NCBI GenBank assembly: GCA_965249485.1
Contig: OZ252239.1
Location: forward strand, 64,001 to 128,000
From: a bacterium
GTDB lineage: Bacteria > SM23-31
Length of the DNA: 64,000 nt
Reading direction: 5' to 3'
In this document: positions 32,406 through 41,627 of the stretch, piece after piece
Position numbering within the stretch: position 1 is the stretch's first letter
Layout: each line of letters begins with the position of its first letter
The notes under the pieces: model-generated
Seen by the model: the letters and a program-made list of their open reading frames with translations, nothing else
What the model was told of the DNA's origin: nothing
Databases searched by the model: none
Translations under genes and position numbers: made by a program

Positions 32406-32966
32406 CTAATATTCAATTGCAACAAAATATAAAAATTCTTCCGTTTTGCCGCTATAATATGAAGAGGCACCGTAGCACCAATAGCAGCCGCCACACGGTG
32501 ATTCACAATAACAAGATGGGCAATAATCAGCCTTCTTATTCAGCGATTCTCCTTCAGGTACAGGAGGATGAGAACCATAACCAAGCCAGACACCGTCAAT
32601 ATCTACAACAAAATCTTCATTATTTTCTCCCATAGGGATAAATATTTTTTCTTCCGCACCATTCCTAACCCAGACACCTTTGGCACTGTTCGTGTCGAGA
32701 TGATATTTATAACCTGTGATCACACCATCTTTTAAAATAACACCGGTTGTACATTCAGATGCGTTAAGGCTGAATTCCACGGGAAGTACATTAAGCGGGG
32801 AGTAGGTCCCTTCCAGTAGTGTTTCATCCGTAGGTGAATTTGAAAGTGACAAAAGGTCACTTTGTGCTTCATGACCCGAAATGTTCGAAGGTGAGTTACA
32901 AAAACTGACCAATCCCACTAACAATATCACGGACATCGTGATATAGATAGATTTGCGGAGTACCAT
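32406..32966 (-). CDS. Secreted protein with Cys-rich C-terminal segment
   Basis: Signal/lipobox; CPSCYCESPCGGCYWC; GAGG RBS. Confidence 0.55.
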   Translation of the reverse strand: MVLRKSIYITMSVILLVGLVSFCNSPSNISGHEAQSDLLSLSNSPTDETLLEGTYSPLNVLPVEFSLNASECTTGVILKDGVITGYKYHLDTNSAKGVWVRNGAEEKIFIPMGENNEDFVVDIDGVWLGYGSHPPVPEGESLNKKADYCPSCYCESPCGGCYWCYGASSYYSGKTEEFLYFVAIEY

Positions 32967-33005
32967 ACTAATACCTCTAAAGTAGTTATACAGAATTGAA
33001 TTTTA

Positions 33006-33584
33006 TTATAACATAATGCGTTCATTAACCTTTTCAATCTCTTTTATGAGAACATCAAACTGTAATGGTTTAAAAAGAACCCTGTCAGCGCCACATTTGA
33101 TCGCTTTTTTGGTATTATCATCTGAACCATATCCGGTTAAAACGATCACTTGTATATGTTTTGTTTGGTTATCTGATTTTATTCTTGTGCAGACTTTAAA
33201 ACCGTCAACTTTAGGCATCATTAAATCCAGAATTATTACATCCGGCATAAACTGGGCAATTTTTATTCCGGCATCAAAGCCGTCATCAGCACTTTGAATA
33301 TTGAAATTACCGGAATGCGAATGAAGCATCTCAGCAATAAGATCTCGTGACTCCTTCTCATCGTCGACTATTAATATTTTCAAAGGAGGTAGATCTGCCA
33401 GGGTGGATAAAGGAAAATCATGTTTTTTAATAAACTGTACCAAATCTTTTTGGACGATTCTTCTATGACCCCCGGGTGTTCTAAATGAATTTAATTTACC
33501 CGACTCGATCCACCTGTTAATTGACATAAAACTTACACTGCAAATCTTGGCTGCCTGAAACGATGTGAGAACGTTTTTACGCAT
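33006..33584 (-). CDS. Response regulator with N-terminal excisionase/MerR-like HTH
   Basis: LTSFQAAKIC.VS...RW..G.L...RTPGGHRRI; ILIVDD, DLMMP, KP. Confidence 0.88.
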   Translation of the reverse strand: MRKNVLTSFQAAKICSVSFMSINRWIESGKLNSFRTPGGHRRIVQKDLVQFIKKHDFPLSTLADLPPLKILIVDDEKESRDLIAEMLHSHSGNFNIQSADDGFDAGIKIAQFMPDVIILDLMMPKVDGFKVCTRIKSDNQTKHIQVIVLTGYGSDDNTKKAIKCGADRVLFKPLQFDVLIKEIEKVNERIML

Positions 33585-34151
33585 TGTATATATAAGTTAA
33601 GTAAGTTAATTAATATAATAAATTTAATGCGCTGTCAATATATTGTACAAATGCATCAATTGTCAAGCATTAAATTAAAAAAATGGCAAAAATGATACTT
33701 TATAGGATATATGTGACGTATTTAACCTTATTGACGTATTGAACAGTTGAAAGGGTAGCTCATCCGTTATAGTCACATTCACACGTGCAGTACCGATTAA
33801 GGAATGAGGTCGAATATTCAAGAGCAGGAATAAAAGTATCAAACTCGTCTAACAAACTCACGCCCGGGAATAAACTACTTGATCACTATTGTGTGGGGCA
33901 CTACTATTGAAGTAGTGACGTTGGCGTGGAACGGGGAACGTACTGCCGAAGGAAAGGGTTTCAAAAACTTCAGGAAACTCAGATTCAAAGAAATTTGGTT
34001 TGATACTTAATGGTGATCAATTTTACGCAGTAACCTCGTATCAGTAGAAGAATTGCATATGTTGTATTACATAATGAACCGTTTGTACGGTGAGACTTTA
34101 ATGACGTTGTATCTTATTGGAAATAATCATAGCGTATACTTTTCACGTCAA

Positions 34152-35638
34152 TTACGAGACAAATAAAATTCTCACAAGAAATCCCGTACAAAACAATCCT
34201 GTAACATATATAGATATAAGATATCCCAGCAAAATGATATTACCCGGATTTGCCGTAGCTCTCGTACTATTGAATTTATCTAAATTCAATCTCAATCCAA
34301 AAAAAAAATAGACGTATACACTATGGAATGTACTGCTCTTACAGTGCCTTTTTCAAAGATATTTTCTTTGCTTTTCCGGTTTGCTTCATTAGCATTGCAC
34401 AGATCAATTGTATATATGTTTTTCGACAACCGCGGATAAAGAACCATATTTACTATGCTCAATAAAACCAGCAATAATAGTGTCCTATACATCACTTTTT
34501 CCTTTGCGTATCCATAATTCCACCAATAGTTCTGGAAAAACTTTATAAATGTGTTGGTAAACCAGCTCAGCCCGCCTCTTTCTGCCGCATGATCATATTT
34601 ATAATTCCGATATTGTATGTCCAGCTTTTCTCTACTATCCAGATATCCTTTATCCTCCATTCTCTTGAGCAATTCTTCGAATGTGGAGAGTAGTACATGA
34701 TGGCTTGTATCCTGATCTTTATCAAATGTGATATCAAAGGTATTGAAGTCGATTTTGAATTTACTGATATCTGCTCCATAGAGAAATAACTTTGGTTTTT
34801 CCTGTTCATCATTATTCATTGCAGTTAGTTTATTTGAATGTATTATTGCAGACGTTAGATCAATTTCTCCTTCATTAATACTAACGTTTCTAAAATCCAT
34901 TACATCTGGTAATGTTATAGTGTCGAAATTTAATTCGCCATTCAATGTCGCGTGTGAAAAATCAGCTAATGAATGAAAGGTAGCGTGTGAGAAATCAACG
35001 TTCGCTTTAAAGTCCGCATTGCGAAAATAAACTCTCTCATTAAAATTCACATTACGAAAATCAGCTGATGAGTTGAAATCCGTTCTGACAAAAACAGCCG
35101 ATGAGTCAAATTCCGAATTATCAAAATTAACGTTTGCGTTAAAGGTTACACCTCTAAAATCAGCAACTGCATTAAAATCAACTTCTACAAAATTAGCATC
35201 CGAGTAAAAGTTTGCAGCACTGAAATTAGCAGCCGAATCGAAGGTTGCGGTGCTAAAATGAGCTGCTGCGTTGAAATCCGTTCTAAAATAATGAACGGCA
35301 TTGTAAAAGTTTGTGCCGCCAAAATCAACCGCCGCGTTAAAGTTCATACCCTCAAAATGAACTTTTGAATAAAAATCAACACCTCGAAAATGTGCAGCAT
35401 CGTTGAAGTTAGAACCGCCAAATTGAGCTGGCGGGATAAAGTGAGCACTATCAAAATCAACGGTCGAGTTAAAAACCACATTACGAAAATCAGCTGCCGA
35501 ATCAAAGACCGCACGTTCAAAATTGACCGGGGTAGTAAAGGTTCGGTTGCTAAAATCCTGCCCGAAGAGACTTATTGGAAATACCACATTTAAGAGCAGT
35601 ATTTTCAGGACAACAACTGATGCAATGCGGAATATCAT
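34152..35638 (-). pseudogene. Pentapeptide-repeat protein with C-terminal membrane domain, frameshifted at a T10 tract
   Basis: A.F....F repeats; WWNYGY; tract at 34299-34308 cuts off GLRLNLDKF...YVTGLFCTGFLVRILFVS (stop 34152). Confidence 0.7.
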
Positions 35639-35926
35639 AGGTGACGCTCTTGTTTGTTATCTGCACTATCGATTGATCAATAAGAAGATTTTTGTGCACT
35701 ATTGCAATAAAAAGTTGCCGGGTTGTATACAGTACGCCGGTTATACATTAAGGAATTACAATACGTACCGCATGCGGGTATTCGGGCAGTTCGGGAAGAT
35801 TCATAGGGACAATATGTTGAAAACATGTTACTGGATAGCCATCGGTATCCCGGTGGCCCTCTTGATCCTCTTCCATGTTGTGAAGACACTGTCTTCGAAT
35901 GGAGATTACAATTTACAAACAACTAT

Positions 35927-37462
35927 TTATGCAGTAGCAATATGTTCCGCTAACCGTACCGCGAGCGCGCCCAGTGTTAAAGTCGGGTTAGTCGCCGTGA
36001 CATTGGGAAAAACTGCATTTGAGCACACATACAGATTATCTGTACCGTGAACCCGTAAGTTTTTATCGACCACACCATCGGTGTCAGAGCCGCTCATCCG
36101 GCAGGTCGATGATACATGCGAACCGGTAGTACCACCTAATGAGATTTTAATACTGTCTTCTTTACAACCTGCTGCTTTCAAGATTCTCATCAGGTTCTGA
36201 GCATGTGTTTGAAGAACCTTCCTGGTTATTTCATTGACACTGAAATTCATGATTGTTCCAGGAAGTCCAAATTTATCCGCATTGGCTCCTCCGAGCCTCA
36301 CACTGTTTTCCGGGCTCTCAAACTGTTCAATGGAGGCATAAAATTCGAACTTCATACTCGATGCCATTTTGGTATTAATTTTAGCCCGTGAAACATTGGA
36401 CAGAATCTCCTGTTCAAGGAACGTATTGCCGCTATCCTCAACTCTGGCAAGAAGCATTTTGCCATCTTTCTGGTATCGTGGTGTATCAAAATGCCGGCAT
36501 GCAAGGGTGATAAATCCAAGCTCCTGCTCTGTTTTATCAGGATTCCCCTGCCGGGTACCTGCTGCGGAAATAAGAGGATGGCCTACGAGGTGTCTGCCGA
36601 CATGCCCTGAATCGTTGCCAATGCCTTCAGACCAGTCAGTATTGGCAGAAGCCAGCAGGAGTTTGGTGGATTCTACCGTGCCACTGCAAATGACCACTGT
36701 GTCGCCTTCCATCGATCCGTTAAGGCCGGTTTTTCTATTCGAATAACGCACCCCTACGGCCTGTTTTTTACCATCCATTACTATGTGTAATACAGGCGAC
36801 TCAGTACGTATAACCAGTCTGCTGCCATATTCTTTTTCCAGCTCAGCCAAATCGAACGCAGCAGAATACCGGGCGTTGACAGGACAATACCTGCATGTTC
36901 CCGTTGTAACACACTTTCCGCCATGCCTCGCCAACGGCATATGTGAATAGGATATACCGAGTTTTTTGAACGCCTCTATAATCGGCATATCATTTAAGGT
37001 GTACGGCGCAGCAGCAAATGGATAGTTCTGACCATACCGTGGCGGATCATCATCGTCTGAGTCCCCTTCAATCCCCAGCAGGTACTCCGCCTGCGTATAA
37101 TATGAGGACAATTCGTCATAGGTAATGGGCCAGTCAGCGCCGATCCCGGTACGGGATTTCAGTTCAAAATCTTCCGGTTTGAAGCGCAGACTCCACCCAC
37201 CCCAATGGTTGGTAGTCCCACCTTTCACAAATAGCCTTGAACCGCGAAGTCCGAACTGTTTATCCTCTGGTTCCGGATCGTCTAAAAATGCTCGGTATGG
37301 ATCAATTTTCGCCATCAGGTAATCGAGCCATACACGGTACTTGCCCATTTCAAAATCAGGACCCGCCTCAAACATAGTAATCTGATAGTCGCTCGATTGG
37401 AGAAGCTGCCTCGCCAGTAACGCACCGGCTACACCAGAACCCACAATAATGATCGATTTCAT
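35927..37462 (-). CDS. GMC family FAD oxidoreductase
   Basis: IIVGSGVAG, GGTTNHWGG, C...GTC.YCP..A, SH.SSTCRM, NPTLT. Confidence 0.9.
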   Translation of the reverse strand: MKSIIIVGSGVAGALLARQLLQSSDYQITMFEAGPDFEMGKYRVWLDYLMAKIDPYRAFLDDPEPEDKQFGLRGSRLFVKGGTTNHWGGWSLRFKPEDFELKSRTGIGADWPITYDELSSYYTQAEYLLGIEGDSDDDDPPRYGQNYPFAAAPYTLNDMPIIEAFKKLGISYSHMPLARHGGKCVTTGTCRYCPVNARYSAAFDLAELEKEYGSRLVIRTESPVLHIVMDGKKQAVGVRYSNRKTGLNGSMEGDTVVICSGTVESTKLLLASANTDWSEGIGNDSGHVGRHLVGHPLISAAGTRQGNPDKTEQELGFITLACRHFDTPRYQKDGKMLLARVEDSGNTFLEQEILSNVSRAKINTKMASSMKFEFYASIEQFESPENSVRLGGANADKFGLPGTIMNFSVNEITRKVLQTHAQNLMRILKAAGCKEDSIKISLGGTTGSHVSSTCRMSGSDTDGVVDKNLRVHGTDNLYVCSNAVFPNVTATNPTLTLGALAVRLAEHIATA

Positions 37463-37477
37463 ACTTATACCCCTCTC

Positions 37478-37732
37478 TTAACAGCTGCCGGGTGACGTGT
37501 GTAATCCGCCATAATAGCCTCTGTAATTTGATAGTTCGAATCTTTTGAATCCGCCCGAAAAGGGGATCTGGTGCGTGATAATTTCAGCAAAGACGAAGGT
37601 TCTCGCACTGCCTGGTCTTGTATGTGCAATGTTTTCATGTATGGCTCTTTTTAAGTGTTCCATTATTATAGATTGGGTGCACTTTTTGGCTATCCAATGT
37701 AAGAAACACCAAATACAACTCCTCTTCTCCAT
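37478..37732 (-). CDS. Small ORF upstream of GMC (partner-subunit fragment?)
   Basis: FAEIITHQIPFSGGFKRF..SNYRGYYG also present in 39523..39723. Confidence 0.4.
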   Translation of the reverse strand: MEKRSCIWCFLHWIAKKCTQSIIMEHLKRAIHENIAHTRPGSARTFVFAEIITHQIPFSGGFKRFELSNYRGYYGGLHTSPGSC

Positions 37733-37743
37733 ACGGTTGCGGC

Positions 37744-37880
37744 TTATTTTATAATGAATATTTCCTCAATTGGCGGTTGAATAAATTCAACACTCCTGCT
37801 GGTTATTATTTGAGGAATTGAAATATTAAAAGCCAATGGATAACCGGGCCTTTCATCAATACTCTTATGGACCATATATT
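37744..37880 (-). pseudogene. M24 gene 3' remnant
   Basis: YMVHKSIDERPGYPLAFNIS.PQIITS..VEFIQPP.EEIFIIK, near-identical to the end of 39804..41252. Confidence 0.9.
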
Positions 37881-37988
37881 TAAAATGAGTATCCGGATAG
37901 CCATCGGTATCCCGGTGGCCCTCTTGATCCGTTTCCATGTTGTGAAGACACTGTCTTCGTAGAAAGATTACAATTTACAAACAACTAT

Positions 37989-39521
37989 TTACGCAGTGGC
38001 AATATGTTCAGCTAAGCGAACCGCGACCGCGCCCAGTGTTAACGTCGGGTTAGTCGCCGTGACATTGGGAGAAACTGCATTTGAGCAAACATACAGATTA
38101 TCTGTGCCGTGAATTCGTAAGTTTTTATCGACCACACCATCGGTATCCGAGTTACTCATTCGGCAGGTCGAAGTTACATGCCCACCAACAGATTTAATTA
38201 ATGTGGTAGTAATACTGTCTTCTTTACAACCTGCCGCTTTCAATATTCTCATCAGATTCTGAGTATGTGTTTGGAGAGCCTTCCTGGTAATTGGATTGAC
38301 ACCATAATCAATTTTTGTACCACGCAGTCCAAACTTGCCCGAATTGTCGCCGAGCCCCACTCTGTTTTCGGGGCTCTCAAACTGTTCTATGGAGGCATAC
38401 AATTTAAATTTCATACTTGATGCCATTTTGGTATTGATTTTAGACCGTGAGACTTTGGCGAGAATTTCTTTTTCCAGGAAGGTTTTACTGTCATCTCCCA
38501 TTCTGGCAATAAGCATTTTACCGTCTTTCTGGTATTGTGGAGTGTCAAAATGCCGACATGCTAACGTGATAAAACCTAATTCCTGTTCTATTCTTTTAGG
38601 ATTTCCCGGGCGAATACCTTCGGCGAAGATAAGAGGATGGCCTACCAGGTGTCTGCCGACATGCCCTGAATCGTTGCCAATACCATCTGTCCAATGAGCA
38701 TTAGCAGAGGACAACAGGAGTTTGGCGGATTCAACTGTACCATTGCAAACTACCACTGTGTCACCTTCCATCGATCCGTTAAGAGCGGTTTTCCTATTTA
38801 AAAAGTCCACTCCTCTAGCCTGCTTTTTGCCATCCATCACAATTTTTAAAACAGGCGAATCCGTCCTTATGTCAAGCCTGCTGTTGTATTCTTTTTTTAG
38901 CTCATCCAAATCGAACGCCGCAGAATACCGGGCGTTAACGGGACAGTAACTGCACGTTCCTGTCGTGACGCATTTATTACCACTCCTTGCCATCGGCATG
39001 TGGGAGTAAGACATACCCAGTTTTGTAAGCGCCTCGATTATGGGCATATCATTTATGGTGAACGGTGCAGCAGCAAATGGAAATTTCTGCCCATACCGTG
39101 GAGGATCATCGTTGTCCGAATCTCCTTCAATCCCCAACAGAAATTCTGCCTGTGCATAGTATGGGGATAGTTCATCATAGGTAATTGGCCAGTCAGCGCA
39201 AATCCCGGTACGGGATTTCAGTTCAAAATCTTCCGGCTTATAGCGCAGACTCCGCCCATCCCAATGGTTGGTAGTGCCGCCTTTTACAAAAAGCCTTGAA
39301 CCTGGAAGTTCGAAGTATTCATTTCCTGCTCGCAGATCATCCCAAAACGCTTTATAGGGATTCTTATTCGCCATCAAAAGATCAAGCCATATACGATACT
39401 TGCCCGTTTGGAAATCAGGACCTGCCTCGAACATAGTAATCTGATAGTCGCTCGATTGGAGAAGCTGCCTCGCCAGTAACGCACCGGCTACACCAGAACC
39501 CACAATAATGATCGACTTCAT
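37989..39521 (-). CDS. GMC family FAD oxidoreductase (second copy)
   Basis: Paralogue of 35927..37462; MKSIII start at 39521. Confidence 0.9.
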   Translation of the reverse strand: MKSIIIVGSGVAGALLARQLLQSSDYQITMFEAGPDFQTGKYRIWLDLLMANKNPYKAFWDDLRAGNEYFELPGSRLFVKGGTTNHWDGRSLRYKPEDFELKSRTGICADWPITYDELSPYYAQAEFLLGIEGDSDNDDPPRYGQKFPFAAAPFTINDMPIIEALTKLGMSYSHMPMARSGNKCVTTGTCSYCPVNARYSAAFDLDELKKEYNSRLDIRTDSPVLKIVMDGKKQARGVDFLNRKTALNGSMEGDTVVVCNGTVESAKLLLSSANAHWTDGIGNDSGHVGRHLVGHPLIFAEGIRPGNPKRIEQELGFITLACRHFDTPQYQKDGKMLIARMGDDSKTFLEKEILAKVSRSKINTKMASSMKFKLYASIEQFESPENRVGLGDNSGKFGLRGTKIDYGVNPITRKALQTHTQNLMRILKAAGCKEDSITTTLIKSVGGHVTSTCRMSNSDTDGVVDKNLRIHGTDNLYVCSNAVSPNVTATNPTLTLGAVAVRLAEHIATA

Positions 39522-39522
39522 T

Positions 39523-39723
39523 TTACACCTCACCTCTCATATAGCTTTCGGGTGTGGTGAACTGTTCGCCATAATAGCCTCTGTAATTTGATAGTCCGAA
39601 TCTTTTGAATCCGCCCGAAAAGGGGATCTGGTGCGTGATAATTTCAGCAAAGACAAAGTTTCCCGCACGGCCGAGTATTGTATGTGCAATGTGTTCATGT
39701 ATGGCTCTTTTTAAGTGTTCCAT
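39523..39723 (-). CDS. Small ORF upstream of GMC (second copy, truncated upstream by TAG)
   Basis: Paralogue of 37478..37732. Confidence 0.35.
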   Translation of the reverse strand: MEHLKRAIHEHIAHTILGRAGNFVFAEIITHQIPFSGGFKRFGLSNYRGYYGEQFTTPESYMRGEV

Positions 39724-39803
39724 TATTATAGATTGGGTGGTCTATTTGACTATCCAATGTAAGAAACACCAAATACAACTCCCCTTCTCCACAAGGTTGC
39801 GGC

Positions 39804-41252
39804 TCATTTTATAATGAATATTTCCTCATTTGGTGGTTGAATAAATTCAACTCCCTTGCTGGTAATTATTTGAGGATTTGAAATATTAAAAGCCAATGGA
39901 TAACCGGGCCTTTCATCAATACTCTTATGGACCATATATTCATAAGCAAAAAGATTATTCTCCTGGATTACCAAATGATCCCGGTCTTTCCGAAATGGCG
40001 CAATGGAGGCTCCGACGTCGCCACCTATGCCAAAACCGTGATTATCAATAGAAAATCCCGGCTTATCAGTGTTAGCGAGTGCCTTTTGTATAATCTTGTA
40101 ATCTTCTATACCATCATCGATAAAAGGTGTATATATGTAGCCTGCTTCTTCCATGAGTTTGACCATAGCTTCTAAAGATTCTCCGGAAGTCATGCCGACT
40201 TTCATACCGTCCCGCATAATCCATTGCCCTGCTATCGCCAGATCATAAACCTCCTGTAAAAAATCGGGAACTTTTGTTTCTCCTTCCCTCAATATATAGG
40301 CGTGAATCTTAGTGTCTACTCCAAAACCCATGTAGTTTCCTCCCGGACCACCGCCTCCGCCGACAAATAAATCACCACGCTGTAATACATAGTCAGGATT
40401 ATGAATAAACCACCGTACATCAGGCGTAGAGATTGGCACAGTTTTATCAGGTGTGTTTACTGCTGAATAGTACACCCGGGCATTTATATCCGCTATTGTG
40501 GTTACGCCCGGTATGACCTGAGACAATCGTTGCTGAGAACGCTGACGGGCCAGTGCCAATACTTCGACCTGTGCCGCAACTTCCCTGCTTGTCCTTCTTA
40601 CAACGAAATCTGAAATAACATTCTCCGCAGACACAATTCTCCGGGAATATTTAGGTCCTAAAATTTCTTCCAATTGCAGGTATTGGGTATGCGAAATCCC
40701 ATCGGCTTGAGCCAGCCATTTTGAATAATTTACCGCTATTGTTTGCGGATCACGTTCAGCAACAAAATCCATTATTTCTTCGTAGACTTCGGGAATTGAA
40801 AATCCCTGACTGGGATCAGTATTGTTATAATTATAACCGGAAAAAGCCCGTGCGACGTTCAAAGAACCTTGTATGTCAATATTTTCAACAGCTCCGGCTG
40901 CACCAGAACGACCGTACCCGGATATTCCCGGTCCACCAAACACAGCTCGCTCAATCCTGTCTCCCCGGTCGGTAAAGATCAAATAACTTGTCCTTCCGGA
41001 GGCTGATCCAAAAAATGGTGCCAAAGGATCACCGGGACGAGTAACGTGAATCCACATGTCCACATTATTGTCGCGCATGGCGCCCGGAAGAACAAGGTCA
41101 AGTTTATCATTCCTCATCAGACGAAGAGCTTCCCTATCCGTCTCAACCGTACGCTGCGGAAGAGGATTGAAGGAATCTCCACCTCGCTGTGCTAGTGCAT
41201 TCGGTACAATGATCATCACTGTAATTAAAGATAACATTATTCGAGATAGCAT
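39804..41252 (-). CDS. Secreted M24-fold protein, subgroup D
   Basis: Close paralogue of 23228..24691, including upstream DNA. Confidence 0.75.
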   Translation of the reverse strand: MLSRIMLSLITVMIIVPNALAQRGGDSFNPLPQRTVETDREALRLMRNDKLDLVLPGAMRDNNVDMWIHVTRPGDPLAPFFGSASGRTSYLIFTDRGDRIERAVFGGPGISGYGRSGAAGAVENIDIQGSLNVARAFSGYNYNNTDPSQGFSIPEVYEEIMDFVAERDPQTIAVNYSKWLAQADGISHTQYLQLEEILGPKYSRRIVSAENVISDFVVRRTSREVAAQVEVLALARQRSQQRLSQVIPGVTTIADINARVYYSAVNTPDKTVPISTPDVRWFIHNPDYVLQRGDLFVGGGGGPGGNYMGFGVDTKIHAYILREGETKVPDFLQEVYDLAIAGQWIMRDGMKVGMTSGESLEAMVKLMEEAGYIYTPFIDDGIEDYKIIQKALANTDKPGFSIDNHGFGIGGDVGASIAPFRKDRDHLVIQENNLFAYEYMVHKSIDERPGYPLAFNISNPQIITSKGVEFIQPPNEEIFIIK

Positions 41253-41420
41253 TTCTTACTCCCTTTTAAATTAACGGTGGCATTTTGGTACTATTGTATT
41301 TGTGAACTGCTTCAATTGTGGTCAGACGTTACGACATCAGGATTATTGTAGTGGAGTGTTTATTATTTTTGTACAACTTGGGTGTGTGTTGTACGAACAT
41401 ATGTGGCGCATTTACTATAG

Positions 41421-41449
41421 ATAGTAAGGTATGAAATTAACTTTTACAA
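41421..41449 (-). promoter_or_regulatory. sigma70-like promoter next to the repeat
   Basis: TTGTAA-17bp-TACTAT. Confidence 0.6.
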
Positions 41450-41458
41450 GTAAATTTT

Positions 41459-41485
41459 GCTCCCCGGGCTGTACGAATTGCAATC
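41459..41485 (+). repeat. Cassette-boundary repeat
   Basis: gctccccgggctgtacgaattgcaatc. Confidence 0.88.
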
Positions 41486-41627
41486 AACGAAAATTTGACT
41501 GTTTTACTGATTTCTATTATGGGTTTCTTCTAATCGCTTGTCCAATTTGTTCTGAATCTTTACAGCTTTGTCATTGTAGAATCATGACATTACAACTATG
41601 CTACAAAGGTTTTCATGAGAAAAGAAA

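Larger units (their letters stand above)
35833..39940. repeat. Tandem duplication of ~2.05 kb (35833-37880 and 37895-39940)
   Basis: Both units start ggatagccatcggtatcccggtggccctcttgatcc and end actcttatggaccatatatt. Confidence 0.9.
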
